The notes under the pieces: model-generated
Databases searched by the model: none
Seen by the model: the letters and a program-made list of their open reading frames with translations, nothing else
What the model was told of the DNA's origin: nothing
NCBI GenBank assembly: GCA_963735035.1
Contig: CAVTJJ010000004.1
Span: 576,001-640,000, forward strand
Direction of reading: 5' to 3'
DNA: 64,000 nucleotides
DNA from: an uncultured candidate division Zixibacteria bacterium
Lineage (GTDB): Bacteria > Zixibacteria > MSB-5A5 > GN15 > FEB-12
Position numbers and translations under genes: made by a program
In this document: in pieces, positions 1 to 8,636 of the stretch
Numbering within the stretch: position 1 is the first letter of the stretch
Layout: each line of letters opens with the position of its first letter

Positions 1-1165
1 TTTCCCGGACAAGCCGGTCGTAGTCGTGACAGCTTTTGGCAGTTTGGAAACAGCGGTATCGGCCCTGAGAGCCGGCGCCTATGATTTTGTCTCGAAACCG
101 TTCGATATTGACACTCTGGCGCTGTCATTGGAACGGGCAGTCAAGCAACGCGCCCTGCTGGAGCAGATCCGAGTCCTGAGCCGGACAGTCGATGAGACCC
201 GACGGTTCGATGATCTGATCGGGACCAGTCAACCTATGGAGCGGCTCTATGAACTCATTCAGCGCATCGCTCATTTGGATTCCTCGGTACTGATAACGGG
301 GGAAACCGGCACGGGCAAGGAGCTGGTGGCGCGTTCGCTGCATACACGTGGCTCGCGTCGCGAGGGTCTGTTTGTCGCCCTGAATTGTGCGTCGGTGCCC
401 GCAACTCTTCTGGAGAGTGAGTTGTTCGGACACACCGGCGGGGCGTTCACCGGAGCGACTGGCCCGAGGGAAGGCCTCATGGTGAAGGCGAGCGGCGGGA
501 CGCTGTTTCTCGATGAAATATCGGAAATGCCTCTGGAAGTTCAGCCGAAGATTCTTCGGGCAATCGAACAGCGCACGGTACGGCCGCTCGGCAGCGATAA
601 GGAGATTCCGTTCGACGTGCGTATCATCGCCGCAACGAACCGCGACCTTGACGATGACGTACAGAAAGGGCGATTCCGACTCGATTTGCTTTACCGGATG
701 AATGTGATTCAGATCGATCTGCCGCCACTGCGTGAACGAGGTAATGACATTCTTCTGCTGGCCCAGCGGTTTGTGGAGCATTTCTCGGCAATGACCGGGC
801 GGAAAGTGGATGGCCTCACGGCCCCGGCGGCCGAGAAGATGCTCGCTTATCATTGGCCGGGAAATGTTCGCGAGCTGCGCAACTGTATGGAACGGTGTGT
901 ATCACTGACGCAGCACTCACGCATCATTGTCGACGATTTGCCTGAGAAGATTCGCAATTATGCTCATGCATCGAGCAGTGCGGGGCCGGGTGATGTTTCG
1001 GAAATAGTGCCGCTGGCAGTAGTAGAGCAACGGTACATCGAGACGGTGATGCAGTTGGTTCAGGGGAACAAAGCGAAAGCGGCGCGTCTGCTCGGACTCG
1101 ACCGGAAGACGCTGTATCGCAAACTGGGGCAGGGGGATGCTGAGGCGGGCGAGAAGTCACCCTGA
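1..1165 (+). CDS. Sigma-54-dependent response regulator (NtrC/AtoC/ZraR family), 5'-truncated by the window edge
   Basis: Receiver tail (VTAFGS...GAYDFVSKPFD), AAA+ Walker A GETGTGKE, ESELFGH, GAFTGA, LFLDEI, WPGNVREL, C-terminal Fis HTH (NKAKAARLLGLDRKTLYRKL). Confidence 0.95.
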   Translation, partial: FPDKPVVVVTAFGSLETAVSALRAGAYDFVSKPFDIDTLALSLERAVKQRALLEQIRVLSRTVDETRRFDDLIGTSQPMERLYELIQRIAHLDSSVLITGETGTGKELVARSLHTRGSRREGLFVALNCASVPATLLESELFGHTGGAFTGATGPREGLMVKASGGTLFLDEISEMPLEVQPKILRAIEQRTVRPLGSDKEIPFDVRIIAATNRDLDDDVQKGRFRLDLLYRMNVIQIDLPPLRERGNDILLLAQRFVEHFSAMTGRKVDGLTAPAAEKMLAYHWPGNVRELRNCMERCVSLTQHSRIIVDDLPEKIRNYAHASSSAGPGDVSEIVPLAVVEQRYIETVMQLVQGNKAKAARLLGLDRKTLYRKLGQGDAEAGEKSP

Positions 1166-1238
1166 GCCTGTCGAAGGGACCACAGTTGCGTCAGGTCCTG
1201 CCGAGTCCGACGAAGTCGGAGGAGGTGTGACCTGACGC
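1156..1238. repeat. REP-like cluster: GTCACCCTGAGCCTGTCGAAGGG plus a GTTGCGTCAGGTC...GACCTGACGC hairpin
   Basis: First motif recurs at 44924-44946; hairpin family recurs at 6220, 6467, 38839, 58935, 59001. Confidence 0.85.
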
Positions 1239-1272
1239 GTAAGGCTCACGGGGTTCAAGCGCGTCGGGCTTA

Positions 1273-2134
1273 TCACTTGTCCGGGAAGAGAAACGAGTCT
1301 GTAATACCTCGACTCTCAAGATAGCTGGATACATTCTCCTCTGTCCCTGCGGGCAGTATCAGTTCTACGACAATAGTCTCATCGGCTAGTTCCTTCTCTC
1401 GCAATCGCCATTGAGTCTCGAGGTCGTACCTGAGATCCATTTGGGCGAAGTAGACTGCTCGTTGATTGTCAGCCCTGTCGCACGCGATTTGCACTTGTGG
1501 GTGGAACATCAGTGGGCAGCCAAGGGCTTTGCCTGAATTGCCGGTCTCACGCATCTTCTCCAATATTTCGCTTACAGGTATGTTTTGGAAAGTTCTCCCT
1601 GTCGCATACGAATCACAAATAAATACTGCGCCGTCGCCGCATCTATGTAGGTTTGCAAAGTACAGCGCTACATCAGAAGATTGCGACCAATCCATGAGGT
1701 TCGAACCCAAAAGGGGAGGACGGTCCTCTTTAGGATACTGTTGATGCCTCTTCATAAGTTCAAACCATGGGTCGATTCCATGCTCACGCCGGGCAGATTC
1801 GAGTTCACCAGAGGGCACAACCTGAACTCCATATTTGAAGAGATAGAGGTTCAACAATGCGTAGTGTAGCTCCGAGGATTGAGCGACTGGCTCTGAAAAG
1901 CACGGCCCCGATCGGTATCTCAAAAACACGTTCCTTGCACGAGCGGGCGAATTTTGAATCTAGCGTCCAGCCTCTATTGCTGTGACCGCGGTAAACTGGT
2001 AGTGGGTGTGGCCCCGTGCATGAGTTCGTGAGATGGTGGAGTTCTTCAAGGAAGCCATCAAAGGAACAGGGAATCCACTCCTTTGTTTCTTGGTCTACGA
2101 CAGTGTCAGAGCGATTCGGTTTCAAATTCTTCAT
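1273..2134 (-). CDS. FRG domain-containing protein, split by a +1 frameshift at about 1896-1899
   Basis: VYRGHSNRGWTLDS in ORF 1805-2134 and HQQY...LMDWSQSSDVALYFA in ORF 1273-1929; removing one base from AAAA joins them (…IPIGAVL-SEPVAQ…). Confidence 0.8.
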
Positions 2135-2275
2135 ATAAGTGCCAATTCCTCTCCAGTCTCAGTTACGTTGGCGTCTGTACCGAGTCCTCCATGCCGTAAC
2201 TCGCACTTGTCTAAAGAGTAGAGAAGCTTGCAGGCTAAGTCAATCACATTGAAAGAATCGAGTTTAGGCCTAAGA

Positions 2276-2357
2276 CCGGCAGATGTGGACATCTGCCGGG
2301 CACGGTTGGGGGCAGACGAGGCCCCCCGATCAAGTCGGGGGGAGGCTCTGCCACCCA
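2276..2357. repeat. REP-like cluster: CCGGCAGATGTGGACATCTGCCGGGCAC plus a CCCCGATCAAGTCGGGG-loop hairpin
   Basis: Palindromes; related copies at 11751, 39702, 39809, 43990, 48154, 48563 and at 27229, 37006. Confidence 0.85.
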
Positions 2358-2508
2358 CTACACTCTTGCCTCTTTGTTGTTGCGCGGCATCGTGGTTTAC
2401 CGCATATAACCCCTATCGCGCTCGAATTGAATCGTTTTCAGCACTGATCGATTTTCTTGAATAAGAGCGCCATCGTCAGGTATTGACAGGACAGAAAGGA
2501 ATCAAACT

Positions 2509-3126
2509 ATGAGAATTGTTGGAATAGTCCTCGCCGCCCTCGTTTTGCTGGCCATTATCGCCGGGTTCTGGATCTGGTCCGGCCGTGGCGGCCTGATCGA
2601 TCGCTCCCAGGGGGTCGATGAAAAATGGGCGCAGGTGCAAAACGTCTACCAGCGTCGGTTCGACCTCGTCCCAAACCTGGTCGCCTCGGTTGACAACTTC
2701 ATGCAGCGACAGCAACAGACCCTGACGGATGTTATTGGCATGCGTCAGCGGGTGATCGATTTGAAAGGTCAAGCGCAGTCGGCTCTTGGTGCACAGAACC
2801 CGGTCCTGCTGGATTCGCTCGCGGGGGCGCTTTCGAAACAGTTGAACTCGTTCATCAACGTGGTGGTGGAACGGTACCCGGAGATCAAAGGAGATCAACT
2901 CTATTCTGATTTGATGACCCAGCTCGAAGGGACCGAAAACCGTATTGCCCAGGAACGTCGCACTTACAACGAATCGGTTCGTGAGTACAATGTCTTCCGT
3001 CAGAAGGGCATCAAGGCGCTGATCGCGGGAAGTATTTTCGGATTCCCGTATGAGAAGACTTTCTTTGCCGCACAGGCCGAGGCGCAGACCGCGCCGAGTG
3101 TGAAAGATATTTTCGAGAAAAAGTAA
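2509..3126 (+). CDS. lemA: LemA family protein
   Basis: N-terminal TM, WAQVQNVYQRRFDLVPNLV, VERYPEIK, QLEGTENRIAQERRTYNESVREYN. Confidence 0.95.
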   Translation: MRIVGIVLAALVLLAIIAGFWIWSGRGGLIDRSQGVDEKWAQVQNVYQRRFDLVPNLVASVDNFMQRQQQTLTDVIGMRQRVIDLKGQAQSALGAQNPVLLDSLAGALSKQLNSFINVVVERYPEIKGDQLYSDLMTQLEGTENRIAQERRTYNESVREYNVFRQKGIKALIAGSIFGFPYEKTFFAAQAEAQTAPSVKDIFEKK

Positions 3127-3140
3127 GCGGGTAAGACCCT

Positions 3141-3881
3141 GTGAAGAAATTTCTCTCTGCGATAATTCTGGTTCTGGCGGCGGTTAGTATTCTGACCGCC
3201 GCTGAACTTCCCGCCTATAAAGGATCGATCAACGATCTGGCGGGCGTGCTGAATCGAAGCGATATCGAGAATCTCGAAGCGAAAGTGCTTGGGTATCGTC
3301 AGCAGACCGGCACCGAGATCGGCGTGTTGATCATACCGACTCTCGGCGACCAGGGGCTGGAAGATTACGCTCACGACGTATACAAAGCGTGGGGGATCGG
3401 CCAGAAGGACAAGAACAACGGCGTGTTGTTCCTGGTCGCGGTCAACGACAAGAAGGCTCGAGTCGAGGTCGGCTACGGTCTCGAAGGCGAGCTGACCGAT
3501 CTGGAAAGCGGCCGCCTGGTGAACAAGACGTCGCCGATGGCGCAATTCTTCCGTCAGGGCGATTATGCGGGTGGCGTCGGAGCAGTGCTGGACGGAATCG
3601 TACAGGCCATCGGTGGCGAGTACAATCCACCGCCGGTGAAACCTAAGGCCAAGGATGGGTTCTCGCTTCTGGCGATGCCATTCTTGATCGGCGCGGCTAT
3701 TCTGATGAACCTCTTTCGCCGGAGACGGTTTACCGGGAGTAGATTTGGCGGTCGCGGCGGGTTCGGTGGACCGTTCATAGGTGGTTTTGGTGGGTTTGGC
3801 GGGGGATCGTCCGGAGGTGGGGGCGGGTTCAGTTTTGGCGGTGGAAGTTCAGGCGGCGGCGGCGCCAGCGGCGGCTGGTAG
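3141..3881 (+). CDS. TPM domain protein (YgcG-like) with Gly-rich tail
   Basis: Signal peptide, INDLAGVL, WGIGQKDKNNGVLFLVA, RVEVGYGLEG, C-terminal GGGSSGGGGASGGW; follows lemA. Confidence 0.93.
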   Translation: MKKFLSAIILVLAAVSILTAAELPAYKGSINDLAGVLNRSDIENLEAKVLGYRQQTGTEIGVLIIPTLGDQGLEDYAHDVYKAWGIGQKDKNNGVLFLVAVNDKKARVEVGYGLEGELTDLESGRLVNKTSPMAQFFRQGDYAGGVGAVLDGIVQAIGGEYNPPPVKPKAKDGFSLLAMPFLIGAAILMNLFRRRRFTGSRFGGRGGFGGPFIGGFGGFGGGSSGGGGGFSFGGGSSGGGGASGGW

Positions 3882-3895
3882 GAGGCTGACAATTT

Positions 3896-4528
3896 ATGGC
3901 ATCACTTGTTGAAAAATATTTCTCGCAGGCCGATCTCGACTCCATCGAGGCGGCGGTGAAGAAGGCCGAATCCACCACCAGCGGCGAAATCGTGGTTGAG
4001 CTGTCTTCGCATTCCCGGCATTGGAACACCGAGGCGATGGTGCATGCGTTGGTTGTGTGTGTCGTTACCATGATAGCGGTTCTGTACTTCACCTACGATA
4101 TGGGTTGGGGCGTCTATTTCAACACAACTCAGGCGATGCTATGGGGGGCAGTTGCGTTCGTGGCGGCTTATTTCGGCTGGGGCCGGTTCCTCAAGCGCAG
4201 TGAACGACGCAGGCGCATGGTCTGGGATCGGGCGCTCGGAATCTTTCATCATATCACGCCCACCAAAGGCGGGACCGGGGTGTTGATCTTTGCTTCGCTC
4301 GAAGAAGAGCAGGCGGCGATTGTGGCCGACAAGGGGATTGCGGAGAAAGTCCCGGCCGATTATTGGCACAAACCGCACGGAATGATAATCGAGGCTATGA
4401 AGCAGGGTAAGCATGCCGAGGGGATCGTGAAGGCGATCGAGACGATGGCGGTTGAGTTGTCCGCTCATTTCCCGCGCGAGAGCGATGATGTGAACGAACT
4501 CCCGGACAAGCCGAGGATTTCGGATTAG
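3896..4528 (+). CDS. TPM domain membrane protein
   Basis: AVKKAESTTSGEIVV, two TMs, TGVLIFAS, ADKGIAEKV, HFP...DVNELPD; third gene of the lemA-TPM-TPM operon. Confidence 0.9.
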   Translation: MASLVEKYFSQADLDSIEAAVKKAESTTSGEIVVELSSHSRHWNTEAMVHALVVCVVTMIAVLYFTYDMGWGVYFNTTQAMLWGAVAFVAAYFGWGRFLKRSERRRRMVWDRALGIFHHITPTKGGTGVLIFASLEEEQAAIVADKGIAEKVPADYWHKPHGMIIEAMKQGKHAEGIVKAIETMAVELSAHFPRESDDVNELPDKPRISD

Positions 4529-4635
4529 AAGATAGTTGCCCCCTGTCCGGGTGGGTGCTCCAAGAATTGATCGGCAGGCCTCCGGGCCTGCCGTTCTTGT
4601 TTGGGTAAGGCCAGCCTCCGCCGAGGCAAGCTTTC

Positions 4636-6021
4636 CTACAGTGCGACTTCCAGAAGTCCGGCGAAACTTGGTTCGGTCATTCTGAAATCTGCCACGGCAT
4701 TGAGCAGTTCGTTGCGGGAGCAAAAAGAGACTCCAATTCCGGCGTGCTTAATCATACAGACATCAGGCTCGCTATCGCCGATCGCGATCACGTCGGACAA
4801 TCCGATTTCATAGCGAGCGGCCACGTCGATCAAGGCGTGAGTCTTGCAGGCGCTGTGATTGCAGATGCTGGCAGAGGATCGCGCGAAGAAGGAAGGTATC
4901 TTAACTTCGCCGGTGGCCACGCTTTGAGAAAACTCCAATTCGTTGGCCAGTGCAAAATCGGCCCCGATCTTCGTTTTGATATGGATGGCGGCGAAATCGT
5001 AACTGTCGCTTATTATTCCTACAATATAACCTCGCTTCTTCATAGCGGCGACGATCTCTGTGGCGTAGTCGGTAAGAGGTATGCCGTCCAGAATGTCGAT
5101 GAGCTCTCCAATATTACGACCGCGAAACAATCGGGCAATTTGCTTTGTTCTTAACCAAGCTTCATGATTGGCGGCGAGGATGTCGACCAGTTCCTTTTCC
5201 AGGCCAAGCTGTCGGATTGCCGTCTCAACGAATCGACCACGGAGTAAGGTGTTGTCCATGTCGAATACGGCCAGCTTCTTCAACGTAAGAAGTGACTCCT
5301 GGATAGCGAATTCCATTTGGTCGCGGATGACATTGATGGTCTGCATCTCGTCAAGATTCAGGTATTGCGACACCGATGCCCGTCGCAGAATGGCACGGGC
5401 TACTTCGCGAGACATCTTGCCGAGCTCGGGCCAGGGCTTCATCTTATTTGTTATTCGTCTGACATCAACTTGTTCAATCCTGGCCTTATTGATATGCATG
5501 TCTATCAACAGACCGACGTCTACGCCGTAGTCGTCATCGAAGACGACTGTCCCCAAAAGGTCTCGCCGGGCGGCGATCATGCCGCTCAGCGGCTGCCGGA
5601 TGTGAAGCAGTTCGGGGAAGAGAAGGGAAAGCAGCGGGCGGGCGACCAATTCGGTTACGCGGCCGGCCTGGCGTGTAAAGCAGGACTTCACGAACTCGGC
5701 GCGGCCCGTCAGGATCGGCTCGGCGAGCAACTCGACCACATTGTCGCCATAATCGGCAATGTCACCGTCGAGAAACACGAGCACGTCGCCCTTTGCAACC
5801 AACAAGCCATCGCGCATCGATGCTCCCTTGCCCAGTCTCGTGCTGGTAATCACGGTAGCTCCCGCCCTTACGGCGTTTGCCGCCGTGTTGTCCACCGACT
5901 TGTCGTCGATCACCAGCACTTCCAGCACGGACGGTGACCCTAGCGCCATGGATACGACGCTGGCGACGGTTTCCTCTTCATTGAGCGTCGGAATAATGAC
6001 CGATATTCGTCTCTCGCTCAT
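4636..6021 (-). CDS. gpgS: Glucosyl-3-phosphoglycerate synthase-like glycosyltransferase fused to a SerB-like HAD phosphatase
   Basis: IIPTLNEEETV, GKGASM, FLDGD, GRVTELVARPLL, QPLSG, DYGVDVGLLID; C-terminal HAD motif I FDMDNTL and GDSEPD. Confidence 0.8.
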   Translation of the reverse strand: MSERRISVIIPTLNEEETVASVVSMALGSPSVLEVLVIDDKSVDNTAANAVRAGATVITSTRLGKGASMRDGLLVAKGDVLVFLDGDIADYGDNVVELLAEPILTGRAEFVKSCFTRQAGRVTELVARPLLSLLFPELLHIRQPLSGMIAARRDLLGTVVFDDDYGVDVGLLIDMHINKARIEQVDVRRITNKMKPWPELGKMSREVARAILRRASVSQYLNLDEMQTINVIRDQMEFAIQESLLTLKKLAVFDMDNTLLRGRFVETAIRQLGLEKELVDILAANHEAWLRTKQIARLFRGRNIGELIDILDGIPLTDYATEIVAAMKKRGYIVGIISDSYDFAAIHIKTKIGADFALANELEFSQSVATGEVKIPSFFARSSASICNHSACKTHALIDVAARYEIGLSDVIAIGDSEPDVCMIKHAGIGVSFCSRNELLNAVADFRMTEPSFAGLLEVAL

Positions 6022-6104
6022 GGCTTAATCTCCTCCGGTTCTATTGTCTCTACCATTATATGTTCAAGTCGGGTCGGGTGCAACCTGGGAATCCAGCTGT
6101 CGTT

Positions 6105-6630
6105 CGGCATGTGTGGAACCCTGCCGATCACTTTTGAACGGCCCCTGAACTAATACAACAGCAAATACGTGCCGTCAGGCGTCTCTGCCTGACGGCATTT
6201 TCACGCCAGGAGATTAGCCGCGTCAGGTCACACCTCGCCCGACTCCGCCGCGGCGGATCAGTCTCGGCAGGACCTGACGCAACCACGAACCACAACAGGC
6301 GGGGAATCCAATAATTGATCGGCAGGCCTCTGGGCCTGCCGTTCTTGTTTGAAGACGGCAGGGGTGGAACCCTGCCGATCACTTCTGAACGGCCCCTGAA
6401 CTGATACGACAGCAAAAGAGTGCCGTCAGGCGTCTCTGCCTGACGGCTTTTTCATTCTGATCGGCCGCGTCAGGTCACACCTCGCCCGACTCCGCCGCGG
6501 CGGATCAGTTCATGTAGGTCGGGTTACGCACGGTAATGAATTGGGTGCGCAACCCGACATTAGGTCACACGTCACGTGATGTCGGGTTTCCTTCGTCCCG
6601 CTTGCAGCGGGTCTCGAAAACCCGACCTAC
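6105..6630. repeat. BIME-like REP cluster with a ~155-bp duplicated unit (6105-6262 / 6356-6509) and a GTAGGTCGGG...CCCGACCTAC doublet (6514-6630)
   Basis: Near-identical direct repeats and several palindromes read directly; GATCGGCAGGCCT..GGGCCTGCCGTTCTTGTTTG also occurs at about 4569-4603. Confidence 0.9.
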
Positions 6631-6707
6631 ACCAAATGGATGTGATTGACAAACCCCCGTATGACTATGGATATTCTCGGGCACGTACGTTATTCAAGGA
6701 GACATTC

Positions 6708-7187
6708 ATGACCGACCGCGAATTTCTCAGACACAATGTCGCCACCATGGCCTATCGCGCCGCCAAGACGTTGCGGGGCGCGCCGGTCGCATTCGCGACT
6801 TTTCATTCGGGGCCGAGTACCAAAACGCCGGTCGAAATTCTCGCTCACATGGGTGACCTATTTGATTGGGCGCTGACCATGACTCAGGGCGAACCGAGAT
6901 GGCACGCCGCCACGCCGAAGGCCTGGGACAAAGAGTGTGAGCGGTTCTTCGAAGCCGTCACTAAGTTCGATGAAGCTCTTGCTTCCCCGACTCCCATTTC
7001 TTACGAATTGACGCGCATGTTTCAGGGGCCGATCGCCGATGCGCTTACCCACACCGGGCAACTGGCGATGCTTCGGCGAATGTTCGGCGCGCCCATGAAA
7101 GGCGAAAGCTACGCCCGGGCGGATATAGTCATCGGGAGAGTAGGCGCCGAGCAGACTCCGGCCGACCCCAGGTACGAGTTCGACTGA
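6708..7187 (+). CDS. DinB/YfiT-like four-helix protein
   Basis: TPVEILAHMGD and DALTHTGQLAMLRRMFGAP; AAGGAG RBS before ATG 6708. Confidence 0.8.
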   Translation: MTDREFLRHNVATMAYRAAKTLRGAPVAFATFHSGPSTKTPVEILAHMGDLFDWALTMTQGEPRWHAATPKAWDKECERFFEAVTKFDEALASPTPISYELTRMFQGPIADALTHTGQLAMLRRMFGAPMKGESYARADIVIGRVGAEQTPADPRYEFD

Positions 7188-7223
7188 GCCAGGTAGCGGG
7201 CCAGATTTCGCGACTCGCGATTA

Positions 7224-8636
7224 TTACTTCACCGCTTCAAGGATGCGCTTGGCGATAGTTGTATAATCGCCGCCGAAGTGATGTCCCCCCTGCATGGGGA
7301 CGAGGGTGACAAAAGACGTGTCGAGATCCTGACATATAGAATGCTTTTCGTCTGATCCGTATACACAGACAACCTTCAGGGCCGACAACTTGTCCACTTC
7401 GGGTTTGACGAGCATGCCGTTCTTGTCGGAACCCCCCAGCCAATCGGTCAAGTGGAATTGGAAGTTGATTGTCTCCTCCAGACCGAGCAAAGCCACACCG
7501 ACGACCCGCTGAAGCTGTTCGGGAGGCAGGCGGTTGGTCATGAACGGGAGAACATCAGCACCGCGTGAATAACCGATCAACAAGACCCGCTCCTTCTGCC
7601 ATTTATCCAGATAGAAGGAGATGATTCGAGACAGGTCGCTACTGGATCCGGCCGGAGTGCGAACAGTCCAGAAATATTTCAGGGAATTGAGGCCGACCAC
7701 CGGTATTCCCTGAGTACGGAAGTATTCGCCAATCATCTTGTCTATGCCGGCCCAACCGCCGTCACCGGACACGATAACGGCCATAAAATCAGCCTGTGAC
7801 TGGTCAACGGGCAGTTCTACCAGTGGAAGATCGCTAACCTGAGCGGCTGTCGAACCTGTGGTTGTACCGCTGACTGGTGTGGTTGAGGCTGGAGACGTCA
7901 GCTCGGCGAACACTTTCCGCAATTGTGGCAGCCAGTTTTTCTCTACGGAGAAACCATGACCGACTTTGGGAAGCATCACGAGACGAGAGTTATTACTCTT
8001 CTCGACAAACGCCTGAACTGAATCGGCGTCGCAGACCTGATCGATTGTACCTTGAAATGCAACCCAGGGGTTTTCCAGTTTGCGGGCGGGAAGAAAGACG
8101 AATCCCTTTCCTTTAGGCCCTGCAGTCCATTCCAGACCATTTCCCTTGCACAGTGGCTTGATCAGGGGCAAATCCGGGCAGAAGCCCATGCTGACGGCTC
8201 CGGCGAAAGTATTCGGCGGCGCTTGTACCAATACCGCATACACAAGTGTGGCGCCCGAGGAATAGCCGACTAGAATCGGCGACTCGTAGGTGGGGAGATC
8301 GAGCTTCTTCTGCACGTACTGGCTCAAAGCCTCGAAATCGGCCGCCGGGTAAGTGCATTCCTCGGTAGACTTGTCGAGTTCCTTCGAGTAGTGTACCATG
8401 TCCACACCGACCACCAACGCGCCGTCACCGGCCAGAGTACGAGCCATGTCGACGACTCCCAGATTCCAGCCACCGTCACCCGAGACAAATAGGGCGACGC
8501 TCTTGGGATGGTCCAACTCCCGATACAAGTGCACGGTGCCGAAACGGCCGAAACTAAGCGTGTCTTCTACGGCGAAAACCTGAGTCGATGCGACTACTAT
8601 CAGCAGCCACGGCAACAGTAACCAGTTCTTGCTCAT
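7224..8636 (-). CDS. acvB: AcvB/VirJ family lysyl-phosphatidylglycerol hydrolase (two alpha/beta hydrolase domains)
   Basis: Signal peptide, two SGDGGW motifs, GYSSGA and GYSRGAD, GGHHFGGDY; overlaps the mprF stop. Confidence 0.92.
   Translation of the reverse strand: MSKNWLLLPWLLIVVASTQVFAVEDTLSFGRFGTVHLYRELDHPKSVALFVSGDGGWNLGVVDMARTLAGDGALVVGVDMVHYSKELDKSTEECTYPAADFEALSQYVQKKLDLPTYESPILVGYSSGATLVYAVLVQAPPNTFAGAVSMGFCPDLPLIKPLCKGNGLEWTAGPKGKGFVFLPARKLENPWVAFQGTIDQVCDADSVQAFVEKSNNSRLVMLPKVGHGFSVEKNWLPQLRKVFAELTSPASTTPVSGTTTGSTAAQVSDLPLVELPVDQSQADFMAVIVSGDGGWAGIDKMIGEYFRTQGIPVVGLNSLKYFWTVRTPAGSSSDLSRIISFYLDKWQKERVLLIGYSRGADVLPFMTNRLPPEQLQRVVGVALLGLEETINFQFHLTDWLGGSDKNGMLVKPEVDKLSALKVVCVYGSDEKHSICQDLDTSFVTLVPMQGGHHFGGDYTTIAKRILEAVK

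Noticed and set aside
3720..3881. Gly-rich low-complexity tail as a novel repeat or RiPP
   Set aside because: It is the normal C-terminus of TPM/YgcG proteins in lemA operons.
6105..6630. CRISPR array in the repeat clusters (also 47889-48686 and 60816-60970)
   Set aside because: Repeats are heterogeneous palindromes without constant length or regularly spaced unique spacers, and no cas genes are present.
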